The translations under genes and the position numbers were made by a program. A DNA stretch of 34,278 nucleotides, from positions 1 through 34,278 of the forward strand of contig JAKALV010000003.1 in NCBI GenBank assembly GCA_021824055.1, in the 5' to 3' direction. The DNA is from Acidobacteriota bacterium (GTDB lineage: Bacteria > Acidobacteriota > Vicinamibacteria > Vicinamibacterales > SCN-69-37). The number at the start of each line of letters is the position of its first letter. Within the stretch, counting starts at the first letter, position 1. Below are positions 9,062 to 17,510 of this stretch, piece by piece. The notes under the pieces were generated by a model. The model did no database searches, had not been told where the DNA came from, and saw nothing but the letters and a program-made list of their open reading frames with translations.

Positions 9062-10147
9062 CTAACCCCGGCTGCCCGGCGTGATGCCGCGCAGCCGCAT
9101 CTTGAACTCGTCAACGTTGGTGACCCATCGCAGGGCTTCGTCCACGCTCACAATCTGCTGCTGGCACAACTCCAGGATGGACTGGTCAAACGTCTGCATG
9201 CCGTACTCCGATCCGCCGGACGCGATCGCGGTGGGGATCGACGCGACCTTGTCGCGGTCGGCGATGGCGTCCTTGATGAACGGCGTGCTGATGAGCACTT
9301 CGGCGGCCAGCGCGCGCCCCGTGCCGTCGGCGCGCGGCAGCAGGCGCTGCGAGACGGCCGCCCGAAGCACGCGGGCCAGTTGCAGCCGCACCTGCGCCTG
9401 ATGGTGCGGCGGAAAGACCGAGATGACCCGCGTGATCGTCTCCGCGGCGTCGAGGGTGTGCAGCGTGGAGAGCACGAGGTGACCGGTTTCCGCGGCGATC
9501 AGCGCCGTCTCGATGGTCTCGATGTCCCGCATTTCGCCGACCAGAATCACATCTGGATCCTGCCGGAGCGCGCTCTTCAGGCCCGACGCGTACGACGGCG
9601 TGTCGAACCCGATCTCGCGCTGGCTGATCACGGCGCGCGCGTCCGTGTGCACGAATTCGATCGGGTCTTCAATCGTGAGGATATGCACCGCGCGCGTGCG
9701 GTTGATTTGATCCACGAGGGCCGCCAGCGTCGTGCTCTTGCCGCTGCCGGTGGCGCCCGTCACGATGACCAGACCGCGCGATTCCTCCGACAGCGCGGCC
9801 ACCGACGCCGGCAGCCGCAGCGTTTCGAGCGGCGGCACGGTTGCCGGGATCAGGCGCAGCGCGAGCCCGGTGCTGCCGCGCTGCCGGAAGACGCTGGCGC
9901 GGCAGCGCCCGACCTCGGGGATCTGCCAGGCCACGTCCACTTCCAGGTCGCGCTTCAACCGTTCATGTTGCGCGGGGCTGAGCAGGCGCGCCACGAGGGC
10001 GTCCAGATCGGCGGCGCTGAGCGCGCCGACGTCGTTGACCCGTTTCAACTCGCCGTGCAGGCGCAACAGCGGCGGCTGGCCGGCGCGCAGATGAATATCC
10101 GACGCGCCAACCGCGGCCGCGGAAGAGAGCAAGGCATCAAAGGTCAT
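9062..10147 (-). CDS. pilT: Type IV pilus retraction ATPase PilT/PilU family
   Basis: ASDIHL, Walker A GATGSGKST, TIEDPIE, LRQDPDVILVGEMRD, His box GHLVLSTLH, GMQTFD. Start set at ATG 10147 because the longer ORF-track start translates a repeat array. Confidence 0.93.
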   Translation of the reverse strand: MTFDALLSSAAAVGASDIHLRAGQPPLLRLHGELKRVNDVGALSAADLDALVARLLSPAQHERLKRDLEVDVAWQIPEVGRCRASVFRQRGSTGLALRLIPATVPPLETLRLPASVAALSEESRGLVIVTGATGSGKSTTLAALVDQINRTRAVHILTIEDPIEFVHTDARAVISQREIGFDTPSYASGLKSALRQDPDVILVGEMRDIETIETALIAAETGHLVLSTLHTLDAAETITRVISVFPPHHQAQVRLQLARVLRAAVSQRLLPRADGTGRALAAEVLISTPFIKDAIADRDKVASIPTAIASGGSEYGMQTFDQSILELCQQQIVSVDEALRWVTNVDEFKMRLRGITPGSRG

Positions 10148-10150
10148 GTC

Positions 10151-10325
10151 GTTCGGAGTCCTGGGTCCGGCGTCCAGCGTCCATGGTGCGTTCGGCCACG
10201 GTTCATTGTCCACACTTCTGCGCGGATCGCGCGCGCAAAATGCGCATCGCGCAGGAATGTCACGCGGATTGCGAACGTGGGATCCCGGACCCCGGACTCT
10301 GGACCCTGGACCCTGGACCCTGGAC
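10151..10325. repeat. Inverted heptamer arrays (GTCCnnn ... GGACCCT) filling the ilvE-pilT spacer
   Basis: Left 10151-10185: gttcgga gtcctgg gtccggc gtccagc gtccatg. Right 10280-10325: ggatccc ggacccc ggactct ggaccct x3 ggac. Confidence 0.88.
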
Positions 10326-11266
10326 TACCGAGCCGCGACGGGCGTGTTCACATACGTGAGCCAGCCGTGTTTGTCCGGCGTCTTGCCGTTCACGCAGTCG
10401 AAGAACGCCTGCTGAATCCTGGCCGTGATCGGGCCGCGCTTGCCTTCGCCGATCTTGATCTTGTCGACCGACCTGATCGGCGTCACTTCGACGGCCGTGC
10501 CGGCGAAGAACATCTCGTCGGCGATGTAGCAGAACTCGCGCGGCAGCGCCTGTTCCTTCACCGTGAGCCCCATGTCGTGCGCGAGCGTGATGATCGTGTC
10601 GCGCGTGATGCCGGGCAGCACGGAGGCCGCGATCGGCGGCGTGTAGAGGATCTGGTCGCGCACCAGGAAGATGTTCTGGCCGCTGCCTTCGCTGAGCTGG
10701 CCGCTCACGTCGAGCGCGATGCCCTCGCTGTACCCGTCGGCGACCGCTTCCATCTTGATGAGCCCGGAGTTTGCGTAGTTGGCGACCGACTTGGCCATCG
10801 CCGGGAACGTGTTGGGGGCGCTGCGCGTCCACGAACTGATCTTGACGTCGACGCCTTTCTCGACCGCTTCCGGCCCGAGATACGCGTCCCATTCCCAGAC
10901 GAGAATCATGGCGTCAATCGGGCAGGGGAGCGGGTTCACGCCGAGCGTGTTGTAGCCGCGGTAAATGAGCGGCCGGATGTAGCAGGCCTCGAAGCCGTTC
11001 GCCTTGATCGTGTCGATGACGCCCTGCGTCAACGCATCCTGGCTCTTGCCGTAGTCCATCCGGTAAATGCGCGCCGAGTCGTAGAGGCGCCGCATGTGCG
11101 CATCGAGACGGAAGCACGCCGAGCCCTGCGGCGTCTTGTAACAGCGCGCGCCTTCGAAGACGCCCGTGCCGTAATGAATCACGTGAGACGCCGCGTGGAT
11201 GGTGGCGTCAGCCCAATTGACCAGCTTGCCATTCATCCATACCTTGCCATTACGAGAGAAGGCCAT
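10325..11266 (-). CDS. ilvE: Branched-chain amino acid aminotransferase
   Basis: HYGTGVFEG, YIRP, PLP lysine in AKSVANY, EGSGQNIF, LPGITR, GTAVEVTPI. Confidence 0.96.
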   Translation of the reverse strand: MAFSRNGKVWMNGKLVNWADATIHAASHVIHYGTGVFEGARCYKTPQGSACFRLDAHMRRLYDSARIYRMDYGKSQDALTQGVIDTIKANGFEACYIRPLIYRGYNTLGVNPLPCPIDAMILVWEWDAYLGPEAVEKGVDVKISSWTRSAPNTFPAMAKSVANYANSGLIKMEAVADGYSEGIALDVSGQLSEGSGQNIFLVRDQILYTPPIAASVLPGITRDTIITLAHDMGLTVKEQALPREFCYIADEMFFAGTAVEVTPIRSVDKIKIGEGKRGPITARIQQAFFDCVNGKTPDKHGWLTYVNTPVAAR

Positions 11267-11310
11267 ACAGGCGAGGTTAACAGTACCGGAAAGGTACGGC
11301 TACAGACTTT

Positions 11311-12330
11311 CTACTGTTTCTCGCCGCAGAACGGACAGCGCGTGGCCTTGGCGGGCAGCGGCTTGCGGCACTGCAGACAGAACCGGCCCGCCGACAACTC
11401 GCGCGTGCGCGGTGAACGCTGAATGGCCGGCGTGCGAGCGGCGGGCGCGCGCGGCGGTGGCGACGGTCGTGAGGCCACGGCAGACCCGGGCGCGGACACC
11501 GACGGAATATCGGCAGGCGTTCGGCGTGGCAATGCACGCCGGGCATTCAGCAGGTCGTTGAGCAGATCTTCCGCCCGCTGATAGCGTGACGCCACATCCG
11601 GGGCCATCGCGCGCATGACGATGGTCTCGATGATCTGCGGCACCGACGCGTTGCGGCTGCGCAGGGGCGCCGCCAACTCGCCGCGGCGAAGGCGATCCAG
11701 GTCGCTCGGCGCCGGCGTGTCGTACGGCAGGCCGCCCGTGAGCATCTGGTACATCGTGACGCCCAGCGAATACAGGTCCGACGCAAAGACGGCGCGGCCT
11801 TCGAATTGCTCCGGCGCCATATACGGCGGACTGCCGATGACAGTGGTGCCGTGCGCCGCCACTTCCAGAATGCGCGACGTGCCGAAGTCGCCGACCTTGA
11901 GCAGGCCTTTCTCATTGACGAAGACATTGGCGGGTCTGAGGTCGCGGTGAAGCACACCTTGTTTGTGCGCGTGCTCGACAGCGTTGCAGATCTGGCAGGT
12001 GTAGTCGAGCGACGTCGCCAGATCCAGCCCGCCCTTGGCGCCGATGATGTTCTCGAGGGTTTCCCCCGGCACGTATTCCATGACGATGAAGAACACGTTG
12101 TCCTGTTTTTCCGCCGTGATCACCGTGACGATGTTCGGATGGTTGAGCGAGGCCAGCAGCCGCGGCTCGCGCAGCAACTCGCCGAAGTCGAGACCCTGGC
12201 GATGCGGCACCTTCAGCGCGACGCGCTTGTCGATCCAGGTATCCTCGGCCAGGTACACCGTGCCGAATCCGCCGCTGCCGAGCGGTTCGAGGATGCGGTA
12301 CTTGCCGAGCGTCTGCCCGCGAAACACCAT
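11311..12330 (-). CDS. Cytoplasmic Hanks-type Ser/Thr protein kinase with C-terminal zinc ribbon
   Basis: GSGGFGTV, VALK, HRDLRPAN, DFG, YMAPE, DLYSLG. C-terminal CLQC-x10-CPFC. No transmembrane segment. Start ATG 12330. Confidence 0.92.
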   Translation of the reverse strand: MVFRGQTLGKYRILEPLGSGGFGTVYLAEDTWIDKRVALKVPHRQGLDFGELLREPRLLASLNHPNIVTVITAEKQDNVFFIVMEYVPGETLENIIGAKGGLDLATSLDYTCQICNAVEHAHKQGVLHRDLRPANVFVNEKGLLKVGDFGTSRILEVAAHGTTVIGSPPYMAPEQFEGRAVFASDLYSLGVTMYQMLTGGLPYDTPAPSDLDRLRRGELAAPLRSRNASVPQIIETIVMRAMAPDVASRYQRAEDLLNDLLNARRALPRRTPADIPSVSAPGSAVASRPSPPPRAPAARTPAIQRSPRTRELSAGRFCLQCRKPLPAKATRCPFCGEKQ

Positions 12331-12337
12331 CGGCGAC

Positions 12338-12384
12338 AGTATAGAGGTCCCGGCGCCCACGTACAACGTTCATGGCCCTACAAT
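12338..12384. promoter_or_regulatory. Divergent leaderless-type -10 elements for the kinase (TATACT, minus, 12338-12343) and rsmE (TACAAT, plus, 12379-12384)
   Basis: Near-consensus -10 hexamers lie 7 and 8 nt upstream of the two ATGs, without Shine-Dalgarno sequences. Confidence 0.6.
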
Positions 12385-12392
12385 TCACGGTA

Positions 12393-13109
12393 ATGAGCGC
12401 TCCGCGTGTGCTTGTGCCCGATGTCGAGCCGCCGGAGGTGACGCTGCCGGCCGACGAAGCGCACCACGTCATGCAGGTGCTGCGGCTCGAGGCGGGCGAT
12501 CCGATCGTCGTGTTCGACGGCGCCGGCTGTGAATGGGACGCGCGCCTTGCCTCGGTGGCCAAGCGCGCCGTGACGGCCACAATCCTGCAGGCACGGACGC
12601 CCGTGCCCGAACCGGCGACGCGCGTGATCCTGGCCATCGGGCTGCTCAAGGGCGACGCGATGGATGAAGTGGTGCGCGATGCCACCGCGCTCGGGGTGGC
12701 GGCGATCGTCCCGATGATCACGACGCATTGCGTGGTGCCGAAGCGGGCGCGGGGCGACGAGGCGATCGCGCGGTGGAGGCGGGTGGCGGTGTCGTCGGCC
12801 AAGCAGTGTGGCCGCGCCACGTTGCCGGAGCTCCGGGCGCCGGCGCCGTTCCTCGACGTGTTGCGGGTGGCGGCCGACGTGAAGCTCATCTGTCTCGAGC
12901 CGACGTTTCCGGGAGTGTCGCTTCCGGCGTTCGCGACTGTGCCGCGCACGGCCCTCCTGCTGATTGGTCCGGAGGGCGGCTGGTCGCGTGACGAAGTCGC
13001 GTCGGCGCGCCTTGCGGGTTGTCAGGGACTGCAGCTGGGACCGCTGACCTTGCGCGCGGAACTCGCGCCGGCCGTCGCGCTCAGTCAGTTCTGGGCAGTA
13101 TTCAGTTAA
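12393..13109 (+). CDS. rsmE: 16S rRNA (uracil1498-N3)-methyltransferase
   Basis: EAHHVMQVLRL, KGDAMD..ATALGV, KQCGR, IGPEGG, LGPLTLRAE. Confidence 0.95.
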   Translation: MSAPRVLVPDVEPPEVTLPADEAHHVMQVLRLEAGDPIVVFDGAGCEWDARLASVAKRAVTATILQARTPVPEPATRVILAIGLLKGDAMDEVVRDATALGVAAIVPMITTHCVVPKRARGDEAIARWRRVAVSSAKQCGRATLPELRAPAPFLDVLRVAADVKLICLEPTFPGVSLPAFATVPRTALLLIGPEGGWSRDEVASARLAGCQGLQLGPLTLRAELAPAVALSQFWAVFS

Positions 13110-13355
13110 ACGTGGGTTGACGTAGGCGGCGGGCTTTAGAGCCCGAATGCGAGGATCAGGACGGACGAGAGCCAGTGCATTAACCGTGAAGCTCGTGAAG
13201 AACGTGAAGACGAAACTTGTTGGTTTTCTTCACGCCCTTCGCGTTCTTCACGGTAGATTGCCCTTGAAGGCAAGTAGTCGCTTTTAGCCCTGCGCACAAA
13301 CCGCAGGGCTGAAGATCCTGCGGCCACGTTAACTAACCCTATGTCAACCCACGTT
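13109..13355. mobile_element. MITE/REP-like composite with 18-bp terminal inverted repeats, internal inverted 9-mer arrays and GTAG-type REP-like hairpins
   Basis: aacgtgggttgacgtagg (13109-13126) vs cctatgtcaacccacgtt (13338-13355), 17/18. (cgtgaagNN)x3 at 13183-13210 inverted to 13227-13254, 23/28. Hairpins at 13130-13145 and 13286-13310. Mobility is inferred; no target-site duplication was seen. Confidence 0.6.
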
Positions 13356-13360
13356 CAGGG

Positions 13361-14206
13361 TTAGGCGCGCGCCCAGCTGGCGCCGACCCACTCGTGTTCG
13401 GCCGCTCGTCGCTGCCGCACGAAGCCGGCCCCGATGAGCGCTTGTGCGACCATGGCCTCTTCGTCGATCGTGACGCCGCTCGTGATCAGCAGGCCGGCCG
13501 GCGCCGTGAATCCCGCGAGGGTTGCCGCGAATCGCGCCAGCATGCCGCCCGTGAGGTTGGCCAGGACCACGTCAAATTGCCGGCCGGCGAGCGCCGCTGG
13601 TTCCGCCAGATCCAGTTGCAGCAGCGTGATCGCCGACTCGACGCGGTTCAATTCAAGATTCTCGCGCGCGGACGCGATCGCGTCGGGATCGTAGTCGGCC
13701 GCGACCACCGTGGTCGCGCCGAGGACGCGCGCGGCGATTGCCAGCACGCCCGACCCCGTGCCCACGTCGAGCACGCGCAGGCCGTTGATGAGTGGCAGGT
13801 CCTGCAGCAGTCCAAGGCAGAGGCGCGTCGATTCATGATGCGCCGTGCCGAAACCCATCGACGGCTGGATCACGATGACGGTGGAGCCGTCGTTCGGCAC
13901 GGCCCACGGCGGCGCGACGACGAGCGCGCCGACGCGCACCGCGGTGATCGACGCCTGGCTGCGCTCGGCCCAGTTCTCATCGGAGATCAGCGCGCGCTCG
14001 CAGCGTGCCGACGGATCCACGAGCGGCATGACCGCCGCCGCCCGATCCCGCGCGTCGATGCTGGAGAAGAAGAACCGCGCCGCGCCCTCCACAACGTCGG
14101 CCGCCGTGACGCCGAATTCGTCGAGCTCGGCGAGCAGCCGATCGCGCCGGTCGTCATCGGGCGGCGATGTCCAGCGCAGCACCAGCGCCGGATACTTACG
14201 ATCCAA
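13361..14206 (-). CDS. prmA: 50S ribosomal protein L11 methyltransferase
   Basis: [51 protein letters not shown] start overlapping the dnaJ end. Confidence 0.93.
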   Translation of the reverse strand: MDRKYPALVLRWTSPPDDDRRDRLLAELDEFGVTAADVVEGAARFFFSSIDARDRAAAVMPLVDPSARCERALISDENWAERSQASITAVRVGALVVAPPWAVPNDGSTVIVIQPSMGFGTAHHESTRLCLGLLQDLPLINGLRVLDVGTGSGVLAIAARVLGATTVVAADYDPDAIASARENLELNRVESAITLLQLDLAEPAALAGRQFDVVLANLTGGMLARFAATLAGFTAPAGLLITSGVTIDEEAMVAQALIGAGFVRQRRAAEHEWVGASWARA

Positions 14207-15338
14207 AGAGATCCTTGACCCGCTCGAAGAACGGCTTCTCGTCGTCGTCGCCATCGATGGCACGCGGCTGGACCTTGTCCAGCGGCATCGCCTTGCCCAA
14301 CTGCTCGACGAGCTTGCGCTGCTCCTTGGTCAATTTCTTCGGCACGTCCACGACGACACGCACGTAGAGGGCGCCGCGGCCCCGGCCCGACACGCTCGGC
14401 ATGCCCTTCCCGCGGAACGGCAGCAGCGTGCCGCTGGCGGTACCGGGCGGGACGTCGATCGTGAGCTCGCCGCCGGGAGGCTCGATCTTGAATGCGCCGC
14501 CCATCGCCATCATCGCGAACGGCACGGGCACCTCCACGAACAGGTCATCGCCCTCGCGATGGTAGATCTCGTGCGGCTTCACGTGCACGACGACGTACAG
14601 GTCGCCCGTCGGGCCGCCGTGCGCGCCGTGTTCGCCTTCGCCGTACATCCGCAGGCGCTGCCCCTCGGCGATGCCCGCGGGAATCTTGACCGTCACCCGG
14701 CGGTCCTTCGTCGTGCGGCCCGTGCCGCGGCACGCCGTGCATGGTTTCGGAATGATCTGCCCGGTGCCCCGGCACTGCCCGCAGGGCCGCGCGACGACAA
14801 GGAAGCCTTGCTGAAAGCGGAGTTGGCCAGCGCCGCGGCACTGCGGGCACGTTTCACGCGCGGAGCCCGGCGCCGCGCCGCTGCCCTTGCACGTCTCGCA
14901 GCTTTCTTCGCGGGGAATCTGGATCGTGGTTTCAGTTCCGGTGAACGAGTCGTTGAAGCTGATCTCGAGGTCGAAGCGCAGATCCGCGCCGCGCTCCGGG
15001 CCGCCGGCCTGGCGGCGTCCGCCGCCGAAGCCGAAGAAGTCGCCGAAGATGTCGGAGAAGTCCGCGAAGATGTCGGGATTGAATCCGGGGCCACCGGGCT
15101 GGCTGGCGGCGCCCGACACGCCCGCGTGCCCGAATCGGTCGTATCGCGCGCGCTTGTCGGCGTCGGCCAGCACGGAATAGGCTTCCGCCGCCTCTTTGAA
15201 TTTCGCCTCCGCCTCGTCGTTGCCCTGATTGCGATCGGGGTGGTACTTCAGCGCCTGCTTGCGGTACGCGCTCTTGATTTCAGAGTCGCTGGCACCTTTG
15301 GCAACACCGAGCACCTCGTAGTAATCACGTGCGCTCAC
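14196..15338 (-). CDS. dnaJ: Chaperone DnaJ
   Basis: J-domain with HPD, G/F-rich region, four CxxCxGxG repeats, GDLYV C-terminal domain. Confidence 0.98.
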   Translation of the reverse strand: MSARDYYEVLGVAKGASDSEIKSAYRKQALKYHPDRNQGNDEAEAKFKEAAEAYSVLADADKRARYDRFGHAGVSGAASQPGGPGFNPDIFADFSDIFGDFFGFGGGRRQAGGPERGADLRFDLEISFNDSFTGTETTIQIPREESCETCKGSGAAPGSARETCPQCRGAGQLRFQQGFLVVARPCGQCRGTGQIIPKPCTACRGTGRTTKDRRVTVKIPAGIAEGQRLRMYGEGEHGAHGGPTGDLYVVVHVKPHEIYHREGDDLFVEVPVPFAMMAMGGAFKIEPPGGELTIDVPPGTASGTLLPFRGKGMPSVSGRGRGALYVRVVVDVPKKLTKEQRKLVEQLGKAMPLDKVQPRAIDGDDDEKPFFERVKDLFGS

Positions 15339-15820
15339 GCCCGCGCCACCTTGACCATCGACGGCCGCAGCAGGCGGCCGGCCACGCGGTACCCGCGCCG
15401 GAACTCCTCGAGGATCTCGCCGTCGGGTTTGCCCTCGGCGTGTTCCACCGCGACCGATTCGTGCACCTGCGGGTCGAACATCTGTCCGACCGCGTCAATC
15501 GGTTCCACGCCGCGGCGGCGCAACTGTTCGAGCAAGTGACGGTGGGTCAGTTCCACGCCTTGCAGGACGGCGCTCTCGCGGCCGGCGGCTTCCTGGCGGG
15601 AGGCCGCCATCGCGCGCTCGAGATCATCGATGATCGGCAGCAGATCGCGAATCAGGTCGGCGGCGGCGGCTTCGGACAGCTCGCGCCGTTCGCGATCCAC
15701 GCGCTTGCGGTAGTTGTCGAACTCCGCGGTCATGCGGAGCAAACGGTCCTTGAAGTCGTCGCGCTCGGTGGTCAGCGCGTCCAGGTCCAGGGTCGAGGCG
15801 TCGTCAGTCTGTTCAGTCAC
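15335..15820 (-). CDS. grpE: Nucleotide exchange factor GrpE
   Basis: [34 protein letters not shown]...[10 protein letters not shown]. Confidence 0.96.
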   Translation of the reverse strand: MTEQTDDASTLDLDALTTERDDFKDRLLRMTAEFDNYRKRVDRERRELSEAAAADLIRDLLPIIDDLERAMAASRQEAAGRESAVLQGVELTHRHLLEQLRRRGVEPIDAVGQMFDPQVHESVAVEHAEGKPDGEILEEFRRGYRVAGRLLRPSMVKVARA

Positions 15821-15838
15821 GTCGATAGTCCGTGGAAA

Positions 15839-16864
15839 TTAGAGCACGCGGCTCACGGCCTGGGACAAGCTGTCCACGACCGAGATCGTCCGCGGATAGC
15901 GCATGCGGGTCGGGCCAATCACGCCGACCGTCGCGCTGCGCGCGCCATCCTGGAACGTGGAGGCCACAATGCTGAAGGGATGCATATCGGGATCGAGGTG
16001 CTCGGACCCGATGACGATCGTCAGGCCGTTGGTGCTCATGTAGCGCGTCAGCAGGTCGAGCAGGCGGTGCTTTTCTTCGATCATCCGGAACAGCGCCCGC
16101 AAGGTTTCGAGCGTCATCCGCTCGTCACGATCGGACAGGCCGTCGAGAAAGGCCGACGTGCCCTGAATGCTGACGGTCTGCGCCGGCGACACTTCGCTGA
16201 GGCCCGACTGCGCCAGTTGCAGTGCCCTGGAGAGCAGCACGTTGTAGAGCACGCGCTCTTCCTGCAGGTGCGCCGCGACCGCTTCGCGGGCTTCGTCGAT
16301 CGTCATGCCCGCAAATTCGCGGTTGATGTAGTTGGCGGCCTCCGCGAGACTCGCGGCGTCGTGCGCCTCGCCGGTCTCCACCATCTTGTGCGTGATGTGG
16401 CCGCCGGTCGATACGACGATCACGAGCACGCGTCTCGCGTCGAGATTCACGAAGTCGACGTGCCGCAACTGCGCGGACGGGCTGGCGGTCAGCGCAAATC
16501 CGATGTGATGGGACTGCCGGGAGAGCTCCTGCGATGCGTTGTCGAGGATGTCGCCAACGGTGCCGGCCTGGCGCAGCCGCGCTTCGACATCGGGGCCCGG
16601 CCGGGTACGCCGCCGGGCGGTCAGCAGGCCCTCGACATAGTGCCGGTAGCCCGAGTCGGTCGGAATCCGGCCGGCTGACGTGTGGGGCTGACGCAGCAGC
16701 CCGTATTCCTCGAGATGCGACAGGATATTGCGGACCGTGGCGGACGAGACGCCCAGGCCGCTGTTCTCCGCGAGCCACGCCGAGGAGATCGGTTCGCCCT
16801 GCTCGATGTACTCCGCCACGAGCCGGGCAAGGAGACGATGCTGACGATCGGTGAGGTCGGACAT
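15839..16864 (-). CDS. hrcA: Heat-inducible transcription repressor HrcA
   Basis: EPISS, SSATVRN, QPHTSAGRIPTDSGYRHYV, GVIGPTRMRY. Confidence 0.97.
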   Translation of the reverse strand: MSDLTDRQHRLLARLVAEYIEQGEPISSAWLAENSGLGVSSATVRNILSHLEEYGLLRQPHTSAGRIPTDSGYRHYVEGLLTARRRTRPGPDVEARLRQAGTVGDILDNASQELSRQSHHIGFALTASPSAQLRHVDFVNLDARRVLVIVVSTGGHITHKMVETGEAHDAASLAEAANYINREFAGMTIDEAREAVAAHLQEERVLYNVLLSRALQLAQSGLSEVSPAQTVSIQGTSAFLDGLSDRDERMTLETLRALFRMIEEKHRLLDLLTRYMSTNGLTIVIGSEHLDPDMHPFSIVASTFQDGARSATVGVIGPTRMRYPRTISVVDSLSQAVSRVL

Positions 16865-16897
16865 TAGCAGTCGGGGTTAGAGACTGCTAACAGTATA
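16864..16897 (-). promoter_or_regulatory. CIRCE operator (variant) plus -10 element of the hrcA operon
   Basis: TTAGCAGTC-N9-GACTGCTAA at 16864-16890 (canonical TTAGCACTC-N9-GAGTGCTAA). TATACT on the minus strand at 16892-16897. Confidence 0.93.
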
Positions 16898-16901
16898 ACG
16901 C

Positions 16902-16991
16902 ATCGGCAATCGGGGAATCTCCAATCGGTAATCTGGGATCGCCAATCGGGCAATTGCGGAATCGGCTGATCGGGGAATCGGGGAATCGGCG
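16902..16991. repeat. Array of about 12 degenerate 7-8 nt units (AATCGG core) downstream of the four-helix-bundle gene
   Basis: aatcgggg aatctcc aatcggt aatctgg gatcgcc aatcgggc aattgcgg aatcggct gatcgggg aatcgggg aatcggcg. Confidence 0.92.
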
Positions 16992-16993
16992 GT

Positions 16994-17395
16994 TCAGCTG
17001 CGCCGAGTGCGGCGCTTGAGTTCTCGATCCGCCGCCTCCCGGCGGCGCGCGGTTGATAGGGCTGCCGTCAGGATTGCCGTGAGCTCGGTGGCCTCGGCGT
17101 AGAGTCCGGCGTGATTGTCAGTGGCGTCCGACGGCACGGCCGCCGATTGCTCCAGGTACTTCAACCAGGCTTGGCTCTCATCGATTTCTTCCACGGCCAG
17201 GCCCAGCTTCGAGGTGAATTCGGCATGCGACCGGGCTCGCCCGGCTGACCGGTGATTGGCCATCGCCGATGACGCCGCGCGACTGAGTTGGCTGGCTGTG
17301 TCCCGCGTCGCGGGGTCCCTGAACAGCGGCCGGCAGAAGATGGCCACTGAAGCTGCGTAGTCGGCGAGGCGATCGCGAAGTTCCTGCGGAGTCAC
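16994..17395 (-). CDS. Four helix bundle protein (23S rRNA intervening-sequence protein / Avd-like family)
   Basis: 133 aa with the family pattern QLSRAASSAMAN...RARSHAEFTSKLGLAVEEIDESQAWL...EATELTAIL. Confidence 0.9.
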   Translation of the reverse strand: MTPQELRDRLADYAASVAIFCRPLFRDPATRDTASQLSRAASSAMANHRSAGRARSHAEFTSKLGLAVEEIDESQAWLKYLEQSAAVPSDATDNHAGLYAEATELTAILTAALSTARRREAADRELKRRTRRS

Positions 17396-17407
17396 GCCCA
17401 GGTTGTG

Positions 17408-17423
17408 TGCACGGCGCCTGCCA
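17408..17423 (-). promoter_or_regulatory. Putative sigma54 (-24/-12) promoter of the four-helix-bundle gene
   Basis: Minus strand TGGCAGGCGCCGTGCA has exact GG-N10-GC spacing (consensus TGGCACG-N4-TTGCW). Predicted +1 is about 17397, 2 nt before the GTG. Confidence 0.5.
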
Positions 17424-17510
17424 CACCCGGTCGCCCGAATTCCCGGGAATTCCGACGCCTCACGACCTCAGCGCGGCATTTATTGCACTCCTCAAGCCCG
17501 CGCCGGACGG

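Noticed and set aside
13101-13363. Target-site duplication around the 13109-13355 element
   Set aside because: TTCAG occurs near both ends but is not placed symmetrically at the IR tips, so an IS-type insertion signature is not supported.
16994-17395. 23S rRNA gene with an intervening sequence around the four-helix-bundle ORF
   Set aside because: The flanks are repeat arrays and protein-coding genes. No rRNA-like sequence is present.
17471-17487. Second, outward-facing sigma54 site (gcgcggcatttattgca)
   Set aside because: GG-to-GC spacing is 8 nt, not the required 10.
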